Assembly: GCA_000182565.2 (NCBI GenBank)
Contig: KQ257455.1
DNA: 64,000 nt
Direction: 5' to 3' (one strand)
Source of the DNA: Spizellomyces punctatus DAOM BR117
Lineage: Eukaryota
The notes beneath the pieces were generated by a model. That model was not told the origin of the DNA. It did no database searches and was given only the letters and a program-made list of their open reading frames with translations. Both the position numbers and the translations under genes were made by a program. The first letter of the stretch is position 1, and the number at the start of each line of letters is the position of its first letter. Positions 38,083 through 50,937 of this stretch are shown in pieces.

Positions 38083-39955
38083 CTACTCAACCCCGGTCTC
38101 CGAACGACCCACCCTTCGTCTTGTTTCGTCCCCTGCTTCCACACCCACTACGACGGCTTCATTTTGTGATGCCAAGTCTTCATCTAACAGGCTATCCCGG
38201 CTTCCGTTGAAATCTGGGTTCATTACATCCCCACCTGTATTTATCTCGTCCACCCCGTGGCCCCTCGCGAGAAGCCACACTCCGGTAATGATGCCTATGA
38301 CACCTATTGCAATGCACACCAGATCGGGCCCCTTATAATCGTCAAATTGATCCAGATACACAAGAGTGTTGAATAAGGATAATACCGTATAAAAGGTGTA
38401 AAATATTGGTATGATCATTGTCGGGAGAGAATAGTGCATTCCCCGGTTTAACGAGTACAGCTACGATTGATGGAATTCAGCTCATGGTTGAATCGCACGC
38501 AACATGACCAGATTGGCTCTTACCTGTAGAAAAACCGTGAAACACAAGACAGCGAGAAGACAAAAGGAGAAAGCACCGCGAAATTGGTTATCGGTTTGAA
38601 AAATCGAGACAATCAGCAGCTCCACACTGGAGGAAAACAAACAAAACAATTAGAACTAAGCTGGTACACCACGCCACGAAGCTGCACACTCACCCGCTTT
38701 TAGTTAATAGCAACGTCTCGCTTGCGACCGTTCCGCCCAACATGCCGTACAGAGCACCCAACCAGTCACCCTTGACCTTTGCAATGTCGCTCTGACTGTG
38801 ACTTCTGTAGAGTAGGGGCGTTGTTTCTGATGCTGACCGTCGTCGAATGGCAACAAAAAATTTCAAAGCTCCAAGTCCATATTCCAGATATTTTATCAAC
38901 AGGAACGTAATGAGGACCAGTACTCCTTGAATAGTAAAGTAAACAATGAAAGTTGGCCGGCGAAACAGGCGGATGAGATCGTCAATAGTTTGTCCTGATG
39001 AAAATTGAGGGCTTAGTCGCAAGCCACTAGCCCAGCGAACCATGTGAGGACTCACGTTCTTCCGGTACCCCAGACCCAAAAGTGCTTACTATTGCACATC
39101 CGACAACGACCAACAACGTTCCTAGCCAGTCCGACGCAGTGATACGAGTGCCAAGGAAAACTCGTGAGAATATCACATTAAATATGAGGCTGGCTGAACC
39201 GAGCGGCGCAAGTATAACGGGGGACCTGAATTCAAAGTATTGGTTCTTGAAAACAAAAAGGAGTGACCAACGGGAGACGACAACACTTACACAAAGCCTA
39301 GTGCGACCACAGAGCCAAACAATTGGCAGATGAGATACATGCTAAATCCTGCGTCAACACAAGGCGGACGATATTAAAAACTACCATTGTGGCTCTTGTG
39401 CGAATATGAATATTGCAACTTACCCATATACCATTGCCATTTGTTCAAGAATTCTCGCCATGTATCCGTGTTGTATCTGCTCAGTTTCCAGGAGGACTTT
39501 GATGTTTTGTACGAATCCAAACTAAACCAACTCTTGAAGCTTCGAGAGCTCGTTGAGCTCGGGTCCCGCTCTCTCACCGTGCTGGACTGCTCGTACTCTG
39601 CTACGGACTCTGGCTTTCTTCCTCTCGACCTCTGATCGCAGACAAACGATGCCCCTTCGGGTTCAGACGGAGCCAGACTGGTATCATGGTTGTGTGAAGT
39701 GATTGAGCCATATTTGTCTCCATTACGTTGTTCCGCAATGTACCCAGGAGGGTCAACCGGGACGTCCTCGTCTGACTCATCCAAGGCAAGGTTCCTCTCT
39801 CGTTGTGCTTTCAGGGCAGACGCTTGCAGGTTGACACCCAGAGACGAAAGACATGAGGATATGAGGGACACGGAAGCGCCTATTATAAAGTTTGCCAGAA
39901 CATCCCGGGTGTGGTAGTCTCGTTGGTGGTGGTCACTGCCATCTTGGTCTTGCAT
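38083..39955 (-). CDS. NIPA-family (DUF803) Mg2+ transporter-like protein
   Basis: IGASVSLISSCLSSLGVNLQ, WQWYMG, APLGSASLIFNVIFSR, GGTVASETLLLTKSG and IIPIFYTFYTVLSLFNTLVYLDQF. Confidence 0.88.
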
Positions 39956-40714
39956 GGCTTGCAAGTCAAAACTCTTTGAACGAAAGGTCAATTGAATTTC
40001 TGCTATGAGGTCCGACTGCCTTTCGTCATTGCTTTATGGCTTGGTATAAAATACTTGTTTCACCTTAAAATAGCCACGGAACGCTGTCCCTCGTGCTTTG
40101 GGATTTGGATTTACCCCGCCCTCGGCCACTTTATAACGCCTCGCCTTGTCATCGCCATTTAACGATTTTATTTTTTTATTATGCATCGATACTTGTGTGC
40201 ACTGTCTGCATGTGCTTTATGTAGTGTTGGTGTTGGCATGCGATTGTATGCACGTTTTGTAACTCTCATTTGGCTTCAAACCCCAGGGGGGCGCCGGTCG
40301 GACAGGTCGGAAATGTATGGCATTAACATTCTTTACCTGACCTCGTTGTTATTGGGGTTGCCCACCAGTGATTCTGAGACCGCGACTTGCTAAGCTGTCA
40401 AAACGCTCGTTCGAAAGGGCAGAAATCAGCCTTGGAGGCGCATGAGCGAGTGGGCGATCATTGAAGACAGTGCCTTTTCTGAACCACAGAAAGGTGTTCG
40501 ATCCTAACTGCAAAACGTCAGACTATTTGGCAGTTGGCTATCTTTGATGTTATCCACCGAGATCCACCGCTGACGGTACGTATACTGATCTCTCCGTTAG
40601 ATGTGCAAAATCCATAACTTTATAAGCGGGCGGCCTCCTGCTTCATGGGACGCAAGTGTACATGATGCACCATAAAATATATGCACAATAACAAAAAACA
40701 TGATCTACATCTAT

Positions 40715-41646
40715 TTATGCAATGAATGGAATGAACACCTTTGTCTTGGACCTGAATTCTTCATAATCTGATCCGAAAAAGCGCAGCAGCGTCAGTTCTT
40801 CGTCTGCTATTCTGTCATGGAAGAATCGCCAGAGTGCGGCCGTATAGCCCAATGTACAAATTGGATTTGCGAGGAGAATCTGCATGCATACGCCCCAATA
40901 AAAGAAGCCTGTATACGATGGGTGGCGAAAAACGCTATATGAATCCATTTTCAGTCAAAACAAGTCATCCGATGGTTTAAAAAGACCTTACTTACCTGTA
41001 AATGCCATTGGTGACAAGGGTATGCGTCGAGTGCTTTTCCTCCGCAACAATGTGAGTGAAATTGGATCCGGCCGTTATCATTGCAGCTGATCGAAGCGTT
41101 TGGGATGCGGCAACTCCGTATAATGCTAAGATAAAGACAGTTAGCTGCATGCAACCCATAAAAGAAAGTTTTTGCTCGATACGAACCGAGCCAATTCCAC
41201 CAATGGAAAATCTTCAGACTCGGGAATATTAGATACCATGCAAGATATTCGACGATGCCGGCGGTCATAGCCAAATGATACTCGCGGCTCTGATTCAGTA
41301 GAAACGCTGATGCAGAGTTTGAGTTAGCATTCTGTTCATCAACCGGCCACATTCGAAAAGCGCCATCCTTACACGACATTTTCACATCTGTCCTATACAT
41401 GGCGGTGCAGATATACTCTAGCGTATGGAATAATGCCAGCATTGCGATGAAAAAGCCGAGACCGGGTATGTTCGGAGAAACTAGTCCCACCGCTACGCCA
41501 AATCCGTGGGCACAGCCCAACAAGTACGCGTAAGCAGCAATGTTCTGTGGTGTATGCTCTCCATCAAAGATTGGCAGTCCGAAAGGCCCGAATGCCATTT
41601 CAGGCTGGGCCGGTTGGGGCTCGGATCCGGCCGGGGTCTCAGACAT
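40715..41646 (-). CDS. STE14: Protein-S-isoprenylcysteine O-methyltransferase (intact copy)
   Basis: LALFHTLEY, SFLLNQSREY, AMITAGSNFTHIV, LVTNGIYSVFRHPSYTGFFYW, RIADEE and FGSDY. Confidence 0.95.
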
Positions 41647-42518
41647 GAAGTAAGCCGCTAAGCATAGTGGATTGCACAGAACAACCTGGACAGCCACTCT
41701 CCACACGGACAATGCGAGCTCTGCTCGCTTTGCTGCTGATCTGTAAAAGTAACCGTTAGAAACCTAAGTGAACAGTCATGGTACCCGCAAGCTACCTGTT
41801 CTCGGGGTTTCCGCTCAATTCCAGTAAGGATATCGTGCGAATATTCTGCGCAAATATTGCAAGGAGCACGCCTGAACATTATATCAGACTGTTGGACATG
41901 CGAAGGGCATTCTGAGAGTCGTTATCTCACCAATTGAGGTGACCGTTGGGATGCTTGCGAATCTTCCAAAAAGACTCTGCTCTATTGCGAGTTCTACGGG
42001 CCCGAGTAGTAGAAGAGCGTTTTCCCACGCCGATCCAGGCAAGAGAAACGCTATTTGAATAAATCTATTTCAGGTTCCTTTCTCACACGCAAATGCCAAA
42101 CAAAACCAGCGCAAAGCACAATGCCCGACTCCATGTGCGAGTCGATGTGTGCAATACAATACTTACATCTTAGTCCCTCCTCCTGCTTCATTATTGCTCT
42201 GCTGATATACTCCAAGACCATACCCAGCGAAACCAGAGCAAAATACCCGCCCCAAGCACAAGACACGTAGTCCATCCAGCTCAGCCCCATCGCCAATCCT
42301 GTACATGCGCCCAGCGTGAAAGCATACAAGGCAACGTTTTGCGGAGAGTGTTCTCCATGGAGAATTGGGAATCCTGACAGGCCCGTCTTCTGTAAATGTG
42401 GATAGCGGACGTGGTTAAGCACAAGTTCTGGAGTGTCATCCGCACGGTTCAAGTAAAGAGAGTACGGCTTTCGGAGGAGCGGCACCGTTGTGCATACCAG
42501 TGTGGTTAATGGCGACAT
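41647..42518 (-). CDS. Degenerate ICMT-like domain, spliced in frame to the downstream STE14
   Basis: GFPILHGEHSPQNVALYAF matches GLPIFDGEHTPQNIAAYAY. Three introns sit at homologous positions and phases (1,1,2), and there is no stop before the STE14 ATG. Confidence 0.7.
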
Positions 42519-42679
42519 TTGGAAGGCTTTTAGAGCGGATGAGATTCTTTTGGACAGAGCAGTTTGCCAGTCGAACAGCAGGTGAGCGGAGTTGCTTTCT
42601 ACTATAGCAACAGTGCGTGTAACATCTGCTACGACATTGATCGTCGGTTGTCGCGCGTTGGTTTTTCGAGCATCGCAAG

Positions 42680-43483
42680 ATGACATCACCGCCAGACGAA
42701 ACTGAAGCGAAAGCTTATACCTTCCTGAAACCGCATTTCTCCCCAAGTACTCTTGCACCTCCTGGTCGGCCTTTTGTGACCTTGACATACGCGCAATCGC
42801 TGGACGGCTTTATTGCCGCACCGGGTCGAAAGCCTCTCCTTCTCTCCTCTCCCTCTGCAATGGTGCTCACTCATGCCCTCCGCGCGACCCATGACGCCAT
42901 TCTCGTTGGCGTAGATACTGTCATATCTGACAACCCGTCGCTGACCACTCGGTTTGTGGCCAAGGGCCCTGGCGGGACGAAAGCCACCAGCCCGCGTCCG
43001 GTTATTTTGGATTCGAAATTGCGTAGCCCACTTGACGCGAAACTGTTTAGCTCAACTAGAGAAGATGCGAAGAAGCCTATTGTTGTTACTACAGACATGT
43101 CCAATGTTGCGAGAAAGACAGCGTTGGAAGCGTTAGGTGTCCGCGTCCTGGTTGTTCCGTCAGACCCAAACACCGGCCGTGTTAGTGTTCCTGCAGCACT
43201 GGATGCGCTCCATAAAGAGGGTGTAAAGAGTGTGATGGTCGAAGGTGGTGCGACTGTCATAAAATCTCTTCTGACCCGGTCCCAACAAGCCATCGATTTG
43301 GTGGTGGTGACTGTTGCACCTGTTTGGGTTGGAACTGGGGTACATGTGATTAGAGGAGATACTTCATTTGAAGGCAGTCCCAATGCTGAGATGACTACAT
43401 TACCGAAATTGACCAATGTGCGATATGAACAGTTTGGAGTGGATATGGTCCTGGCTGGCGTGATTGAGCAAACAGTTGTTTGA
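42680..43483 (+). CDS. RIB7: 2,5-diamino-6-ribosylamino-4(3H)-pyrimidinone 5'-phosphate reductase (RibD C-terminal type)
   Basis: RPFVTLTYAQSLDG, HALRATHDAILVGVDTVISDNPSLTTR, PRPVILDSKLR and VMVEGGA. Single exon. Confidence 0.93.
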   Translation: MTSPPDETEAKAYTFLKPHFSPSTLAPPGRPFVTLTYAQSLDGFIAAPGRKPLLLSSPSAMVLTHALRATHDAILVGVDTVISDNPSLTTRFVAKGPGGTKATSPRPVILDSKLRSPLDAKLFSSTREDAKKPIVVTTDMSNVARKTALEALGVRVLVVPSDPNTGRVSVPAALDALHKEGVKSVMVEGGATVIKSLLTRSQQAIDLVVVTVAPVWVGTGVHVIRGDTSFEGSPNAEMTTLPKLTNVRYEQFGVDMVLAGVIEQTVV

Positions 43484-43825
43484 TGGGCACAACACATTTT
43501 TAAGAATGAGATAAAGCATAGGTTCAAGAGTCCCACTCACGGTACATGTCTCACTAGCCATCTACTCTGGAGACAACCGCGTACGAGCGCTATGGCCGAA
43601 TGCGTGAAGCACACATGTGCAATCAATCATGATTTCTTGACAAATGAGACAAAAAGCAGATCGCAGGCCACTGTTCAGTAGTGCCATCAATCTCTGCAGA
43701 GCAAGAAAGCCCGTAATAAATAGAATAGAATAGATCGATGTTGAGATGCTGATACGTGGAATGATTCCGTACATACGAAATAAACTCTAGGGGCAGCAAG
43801 TGTGTTTTTCGTGCTTTATATACAA

Positions 43826-45511
43826 TTATGATGATTGGTCCCCTTCATCCTCCTCATTCGGCAGCTCATATTCAAAAGCAACATCCCATCGCGAACCTGG
43901 TGCCCGGGCACTAATGTACTTTATAAACTTCATCAGCCCTTCATCCCTCATGACCAGGGTCAGTACGTTCCAACCAGCTGAAACAGTCAATAATGCACCA
44001 TCCTCGTCCATTTGGCGATACACCGCCGGATCCTCGTCGCCTTCGTGCGGTGCCATATAGCATTCGTAACCTCCCAATTCATCGCCCTCCCATGCAGCGC
44101 CATCCTCCGCCTTTTTTCTAGTAGCAAAACATAGTGTTGCATCTAGTAGCTGAGAAGGACTACTCCAAGCCAAAGTATAATCCAATCCTGGACGGAAACG
44201 CCGGGCGATTCCGCGATAGGATTGCGGTATCAGCTGAGTGACCAAGGCAAGCCAGCGCCTGAAGGCTGGACTTGGGAACATCTCCTTTACCAATTCCGCG
44301 AATAAAGTCGACGTCGCATCATCAGAACCTTTAGCGGTATGCGCGGCATCCAGCATCGCGTACCGAAACTTATGCGGCGGCCCAGCCACTTTCCATAACC
44401 CATGCTCCCCAGTACCATGTTTCGGCAGCTTTGGAGAAAGTAAACCACATTCCTCATCCGCCTTCTCAGTGGCCTGCTTAATCTGCTCCACCAGATCCTT
44501 ATGAAGAAAGTCGACCAACTGAAGAGAAGAGTCCTCCAAAAATCGCTCTGACACTTGCTCAAGCACCCTTATATCCAAATACCGAGGATTTATCCACCGC
44601 CCTAATGTAACAATGTCCTCTTCCGATAGGCCTTCCAATTCCTCTGGATCCACAGTTTCCGAAAACGGGGTGAATGGAGCAGAGGCGCCAGCCTGTAGTT
44701 GCTCTAAAGAGGAGGGCGCCTCGCCGTTTTCAGGAGTTTCCAAATATCCCGGCTCCCCTTCCTGTGGAACATGGAACCATCCCGATATGCTCAATCTTGC
44801 CTTATCCACTACCACCTCCTCCACGGAGTGAAATGAATGTCCTGGCTGCACTGTAAACATCACAAACTGGTTCCATTTCGGTGGAATAGAGACACTCGGA
44901 TTGACGGCTGGGGTACCCTTGGTCAGCACCGGATACAGCTCTAGTGCTCCTCCATACGCGGGATCCCAGTATTCGTCTGGATCAGGCAAATAGAGAATGT
45001 ATGACACTCGTCGGGTACCAATCACGTCGTCATGATTCAACAGATGACACCCATTCAAGTACGTGTTGATGCTCATATCCGTTTTTGAGCCGGAAAGATG
45101 CCCGCATCCGGTGACATCGCCGATGAACTTGCGAAACTCAGAGGAATACAGCGCATTGCGTAGTTTGAAAAGGGACGAGAGCTGAGCAAGCTCTTCTTTT
45201 GGAAGCCCATCCATGTTGGCCAGGTCACCGGTTTGATGTACCTTGTAAATGTCCGTTTCCTTCTCCGTGAAATGTAATGCGGACATGATTTCATCCCGGA
45301 CCTTTCTCAGCAGTCCATCTTCGCACAGGTGATCGATAACACAGTGCAAATACGGTTTCGAAGTACGAAACTTGCCCGCTAGATCAGACTGAGTGGAGTC
45401 CGCCAGCAAACCTTCCCGAAATACAGACTCCACATCCTCAGTCTCCACGCGCAAGCGTTTTGCTGCCCTCCCATTTTCACCGTTTGTTTCTTTTGGAGAT
45501 TCTCGTCCCAT
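43826..45511 (-). CDS. TPA1: Prolyl 3,4-dihydroxylase TPA1/OGFOD1
   Basis: KETDIYKVHQTGDLAN, HLLNHDDVIGTRRVSYILYL, GGALELY, SFHSVEEV, RLSISGWF and RRFRPGLDYTLA. Single exon. Confidence 0.96.
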   Translation of the reverse strand: MGRESPKETNGENGRAAKRLRVETEDVESVFREGLLADSTQSDLAGKFRTSKPYLHCVIDHLCEDGLLRKVRDEIMSALHFTEKETDIYKVHQTGDLANMDGLPKEELAQLSSLFKLRNALYSSEFRKFIGDVTGCGHLSGSKTDMSINTYLNGCHLLNHDDVIGTRRVSYILYLPDPDEYWDPAYGGALELYPVLTKGTPAVNPSVSIPPKWNQFVMFTVQPGHSFHSVEEVVVDKARLSISGWFHVPQEGEPGYLETPENGEAPSSLEQLQAGASAPFTPFSETVDPEELEGLSEEDIVTLGRWINPRYLDIRVLEQVSERFLEDSSLQLVDFLHKDLVEQIKQATEKADEECGLLSPKLPKHGTGEHGLWKVAGPPHKFRYAMLDAAHTAKGSDDATSTLFAELVKEMFPSPAFRRWLALVTQLIPQSYRGIARRFRPGLDYTLAWSSPSQLLDATLCFATRKKAEDGAAWEGDELGGYECYMAPHEGDEDPAVYRQMDEDGALLTVSAGWNVLTLVMRDEGLMKFIKYISARAPGSRWDVAFEYELPNEEDEGDQSS

Positions 45512-45707
45512 GGCGAAGGCGAAGAGTTGATCGAAACAAAGCAGGCAAGTTCAAAAACAATTCTAATTTGCATGACTGTGCCATACAATCGATCCACATT
45601 ATCGGCTCCAACCGCCCTCCGTGCATTGAACACTGCAGACTGTTGTTGAACAACTTGAAATTCAAGACCTTCAAAATAACCTGTAAAATGGCAGATCGTT
45701 GTCGGCC

Positions 45708-48700
45708 ATGACCACGAGTCCCCGAGAGGATGTACAGAGTGGGTCATATTTGCCTAGGACGCCTCATGACTCTGCCAGGATAATGGAAGGTGATGCTGTT
45801 TCACGGATCTCACAGTGGAATGAACATGCTGTTGCCCAGTGGTTGGAGGCAGCTGGCTTTGGAAGATATGTAACACCTTTCGTCGAAAAGCATGTGACAG
45901 GAAACGTCCTGTTGAACATGACGTACGACACGCTTCGCCAATCGGGAGTGACAAATTTGGGGGATCGCGCGAAACTATTACTACTCGTCAATAACCTGAA
46001 AGGCAACACTTCGCCAAATCATTCGACATCCAGCAGCGTCTCGGGATTTCCTCCCACTCTGGTAGACGAACAGCTACCTGCTCAAGGTGACATAACTGGT
46101 GCCTCTACGCCTGTGTCTAGAAATACGCCGCCCCAGACAGCAGTGTCTCCGACGAGGCCCGTGCGCACCGAATCCTCCAGTACACTACATCCCCAACATA
46201 CAAGCCCGATATCTACTGGAGGAAATCGCCTTCCAATTCCTCCTCGCACTAAAAGCAAAGAAGCTTTCCCAAGAGGATGGGATGCTAGAATTCACGGATG
46301 GGACTCGTCGGTTCGGACCGTTGCTCTGCAAGACGGCGGACAGCCTCGAGACGGATTTCAAGACCGTACATATATTTCGTCTCTTTGTCAAGAAAAGCAC
46401 ATGTCTGCTCGCACTACCATTTACAGTGATCTTGTTCCGACGGTAAATGTATCTTCCTTGCTACCGGATCGCACAGACTCTCTCCTGGACTCGAACGTTA
46501 GTGACTCTTCACTTTCAACCCCGTCAGTATCCTGTGCGTATGGGGACGGGTCATCCAACTATATGGGCCGATTAAGCGCGGTACATGTGTCGCCACCGAC
46601 GGGTGAGGCTGAATTCCAAGACGACTCTAGCTTGATGAGCAGAGCGGCAAACCCCTTAAGACGTCAACCGGCCATACGTGAATCTCGATCAAAATCACCT
46701 CCACGAAGCGATGACAGCGATACAAGTAATGGAAAGCGGCGGCCCAACTTAGCCATTCGCACCAATTTAAATCAGTTGGCCCCGCCAAACTCGAAATCAA
46801 TATCCAGAAGATCCCCAGATGGCTCACTCTCAGTTTCTCCAAGCACTCCTAATATATCTCATACAGCACGGTCTCCACGAGACCGGGAATTAAGTCGAGA
46901 AGGAAGTAGTGGAAGCGTGGGCACGGTATCGCCTACCACTGCCATCGTGGATTCTCCAAACACTCACTTTGTGCGGTCTCTCAGAGACTTGAGTTTCTAT
47001 GAGAAGGTAAATTATCGGTCTTTTTTTTTCTGAGTTTCACTTGATGCACTCTATTGCTTGTCTAACTTTGACTTCTATAGGACAACACGATGGACATAGC
47101 CGGGCTACGAGAGGTAAGTTCGCACATTGCATACCAAAATGCGCTAGCTCATATAGTTGACAAATATTTTGACAATAGCGATGTATTCGAGTGACGGGAT
47201 TAGATGACCAGTCCCATATAATTGACGTCAGAAACCTCGTCGGCGCCCAAGCAATTCGCGACAGAGTCTTTATGAAGTTCAATCTGCGGGATCCAGGGGA
47301 GAGAATGAGGTACGGCATATATGGACTGGATTTTTCGGGCCAACTCGACACAGGTATGTAAACCCGTCACCAGATTTGCAGGTGCATGCTCAACTCATCC
47401 CCTATATAGAGAATCAATTGGACGATGAAGCTCTTCTGGCAATTTGCAAATCGCCCAATTACCAACTCAAAGCTCATTTGGTCCTCAAACGACTTGACGA
47501 AGAGTGTGCTCTCCCATTGCCAGATGAGAAGTTGGTTGACACGCCAGCAACTCCCCATGAAGTTTCGGAAGTAGATGAACCCCTGTCATCGCCAATTGTC
47601 CCCAAGCAAAGCACACGACGGGGGCTGCTTAAGCTGTTTAGCAACGCGACAAAACGAGCTGTGGCGCCACCTGAAGACGAGCCCTATGTGGACGTATCGA
47701 ATATAGCCCCGCACTCTGCTCCGGTGCGACTGGAATCAAACAACGACATTCCACTTCTCGGACCACCAGATCAAGATGGTTTCCCTGAAGGAGAGACTGG
47801 GGATTTCCAAAGTATTGATGATCTACCTTATGATGGACCCCTTTCGAGGGTCACAACAAAGAAGCTCGAGCATTTCTTTGGAGAGCGGCCGCCAAGTGAG
47901 CTTATTTGTGAAAACCTAGAGGAATTTTTCCCAAGTTTATCGCGATCGCGTCCCATCACTAGTCAAGGTCAAGGGGAGATGACAGGCGGCGATCATGTAC
48001 CGGAAAGAGAACGTTTATCTTTGAAGAATTTTGTAAAGGAAACTATGAAAAGGAAAAGGGCCAGCCGAAGCGAGACCAGTTTTGGACGGCGACTGAGTAG
48101 ACCAGCCGCCTTGGTACTCTCCGAACTGTCAGAGCCCGATAAGGTGCCAACACAGGAGCAAGCACAACCCGAGGAAGTGGAGCAAGTTGAAAGTCAGTGG
48201 AAGGATCGCATTGCAACCATTGACGAGGATTCTAGTGTGCTGACTGGAAAAGATGCAGACTGGTTGCCTATCTCACGGAATCCAGATGTTGATGATCTTC
48301 TCCGAACAGAAGGTGGGAGCGACGGGGAAGCGGATCCCATGGAGCGGCCAATGGCAAGTCGCAAACGTTCGGCCAAGATTTTTGGAGTCCGAAAGGGGGT
48401 TTTGGTGGATTATGCTGCGGAGCAACCGCTGTCGCAAGCAGGCTCTATTCCAATGATTGACCGAGTGTGGACCACGTCGCTGAATGATTTGGATAAAAGT
48501 CGGCGACGCTCTACTGTGTCTCACACGAGCGTGTTGGGCCGTCGTTCTAAGCAATCACTGGTGGGGAGCCGTAAGAATTTAAGCCGCTCAGATACGGAAT
48601 TGGACGAGTCTGAGATCTCTACTGGCGATAGGCTACGAAGGGCAGGAACAAAACGCGCTCAAATGAAACGGCTCGCGAGAAGCGATGACTATCTGCATAC

Positions 48701-50718
48701 TTCTGAGAAATGGGCACCTCTGAAATTAACTTGGAGTGACGAAAGTTTCCTGAACCAGCGCAGAGCTGGAACCATTGGAATGAACCTTGGTACGCGCAAG
48801 AGCGTAGCGTCTTGGGACAAACGACGCGAACACCGTTCCGAGTCCGAGATTGAGGCAGAGGGCACTACTGAATCTTATAAGCCACTTACATCGAGGAGAA
48901 CCACTCGCAGGGAATCCAAACTGGCGTCGCAAAATTCTTTGGCTGCAGAGCGCCCAATCGCAGAAGAAGACGAAGAACATGAAGATGACGTAACTGCCAG
49001 CACGGATATCGCTCTTCGGGACGAACAGACTACGCAAGAGCCGAAAATCCCTGGGGACGGATCGGCTGCCAATTCTCTGGAGGGTCTCGATAGATCCATG
49101 CCTACGCTGTCAAGAGCATTTACGCACGAACCTGACAAGCGGAGCAACGTTGAATGGGCTTGCGGTCCCTTGATAGGCAAAGGCGCATATGGTAAAGTCT
49201 TCTACGGGGTTAATGTGAAGACTGGAGAAATTATGGCCGTCAAACAAGTGGAACTCGCTGGGATGCCTAGGAAGCGAAATGCGGAGGACGCGAAAAAGGA
49301 TTCCAGGCGCAGAATGTTGGACGCACTTCATCGTGAAATTACTCTTTTAAAAGATTTAGATCATGAGAATATCGTGCGGTGAGTAGTGATACGTGGCTAT
49401 GGACGACAGTGGACTAAATGGTCCCCACTCTGTGGCTTTTATGTGGACTGATTCATACAGATACCTCGGTTATGACGTGGAAGGAACGACGATCAATGTC
49501 TTTCTAGAATATGTCTCTGGTGGTTCTATATCATCGTCGATTACCAGCATGGGCCGCTTTGAGGAGCCTTTGGTGCGGAGCTTAACATGCCAAATCCTTT
49601 GCGGCCTGGAGTACCTTCATGAACGATCTATCATTCACCGAGATATCAAAGGAGGAAACGTACTGCTCGATGAGAACGGTGTCGCAAAAATATCAGATTT
49701 TGGAATTTCAAAGAAAAACGGTACGTTGTAATCAATAATCAGAAAGAGTTTTCAAAGGGAGCTACATCGTTTGGGTGTCGTTTTTTTATCCGCAGAGTAC
49801 AAGATGGCATATAGGTTCAACTCGCGCATGTCAATGCAAGGCTCTGTGCATTGGATGGCCCCAGAGGTCATCAAAGCTAAGGGTTACTCTGCTAAAGTCG
49901 ATATTTGGTATGTGACTATCATATGTTTTTTATTCCACATGACCGCACTGACCCTCAGTTGTGCACAGGAGTCTGGGCTGTCTCATACTTGAGATGTTCA
50001 CCGGATACAACCCCTGGCGGCAGCTGGACGAGCTACAAACGATGTGGCGGTTGGGTCGTGAAAACACACCTCCATTACCTGAGTGGTTGTCACCACAGGC
50101 ACAAAACTTGCTGGAAAAGTGCTTTACAATGTAAGGAATCAAAGGAACGTTAGCGACCTTTCATGTCTTATTTCTGACTCATGGATGTTCATGGTTCATA
50201 GCGATCCTGATCAACGACCGACTGCAACCGATCTTCTATCGCACGAGTTTGCTGATGTGGATCCCGCCACCATTGTTGACTTTCGAGCGTATAAGGAAGC
50301 AGCGATCGAGCAAAAGCGTCTGGAAGAGGAGGAGGCCGATGCTCTTTCCGACGATGACGATTGGGACGGGAGCGACGTGAACTGGCTTACAAGCCGAAAT
50401 TCCTTGTACATTTCGCGGGTACTTACGGCTAGACGGCTTTCCACAATGAAGCGGCGAGCCTCCAAGGGTCTTGCTTCGAAAGACGATAATATCGGCGGTG
50501 ACGCTAATGTCACCCCTGATAGTGTTGTTAAACAGGATGCTGGAGAGTCGGAGCCACTACCCAATAGTCTGACAGGAACTTCTTTCGGAAGTGCTGATGT
50601 CGATGCGGATCTTAACTGTGAGGAGGAGATTTCACATAACAGTAGTGCTTTTCAGCACCGTAATGATGAGAGCCACCGAATGATGTCTCTGAATGAATCA
50701 GTAGCTATTTTGCACTGA
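45708..50718 (+). CDS. STE11: STE11-family MAP kinase kinase kinase (SAM, RA-like, kinase)
   Basis: N-terminal SAM ([10 protein letters not shown]...[12 protein letters not shown]), [48 protein letters not shown] and GSVHWMAPE. Confidence 0.88.
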
Positions 50719-50937
50719 TGGAAATCTGTCGCTCATTTTGCGTTTTAATATCTTTCGTGTATTAGATTTTTGATCTCTTAATGTATTATTTTAAATGTAC
50801 AGAGCTTGGCCAGAAAGTTGTAATTGGTCGTAAAGTCACTAAACGAAAACAAATGATTGCTCTAATACTCAGTAAATAACGCGAATAGTCTGATGTTTGA
50901 AAGACTGTTATGCATGATAAATAACCGCAAGTCCTGC

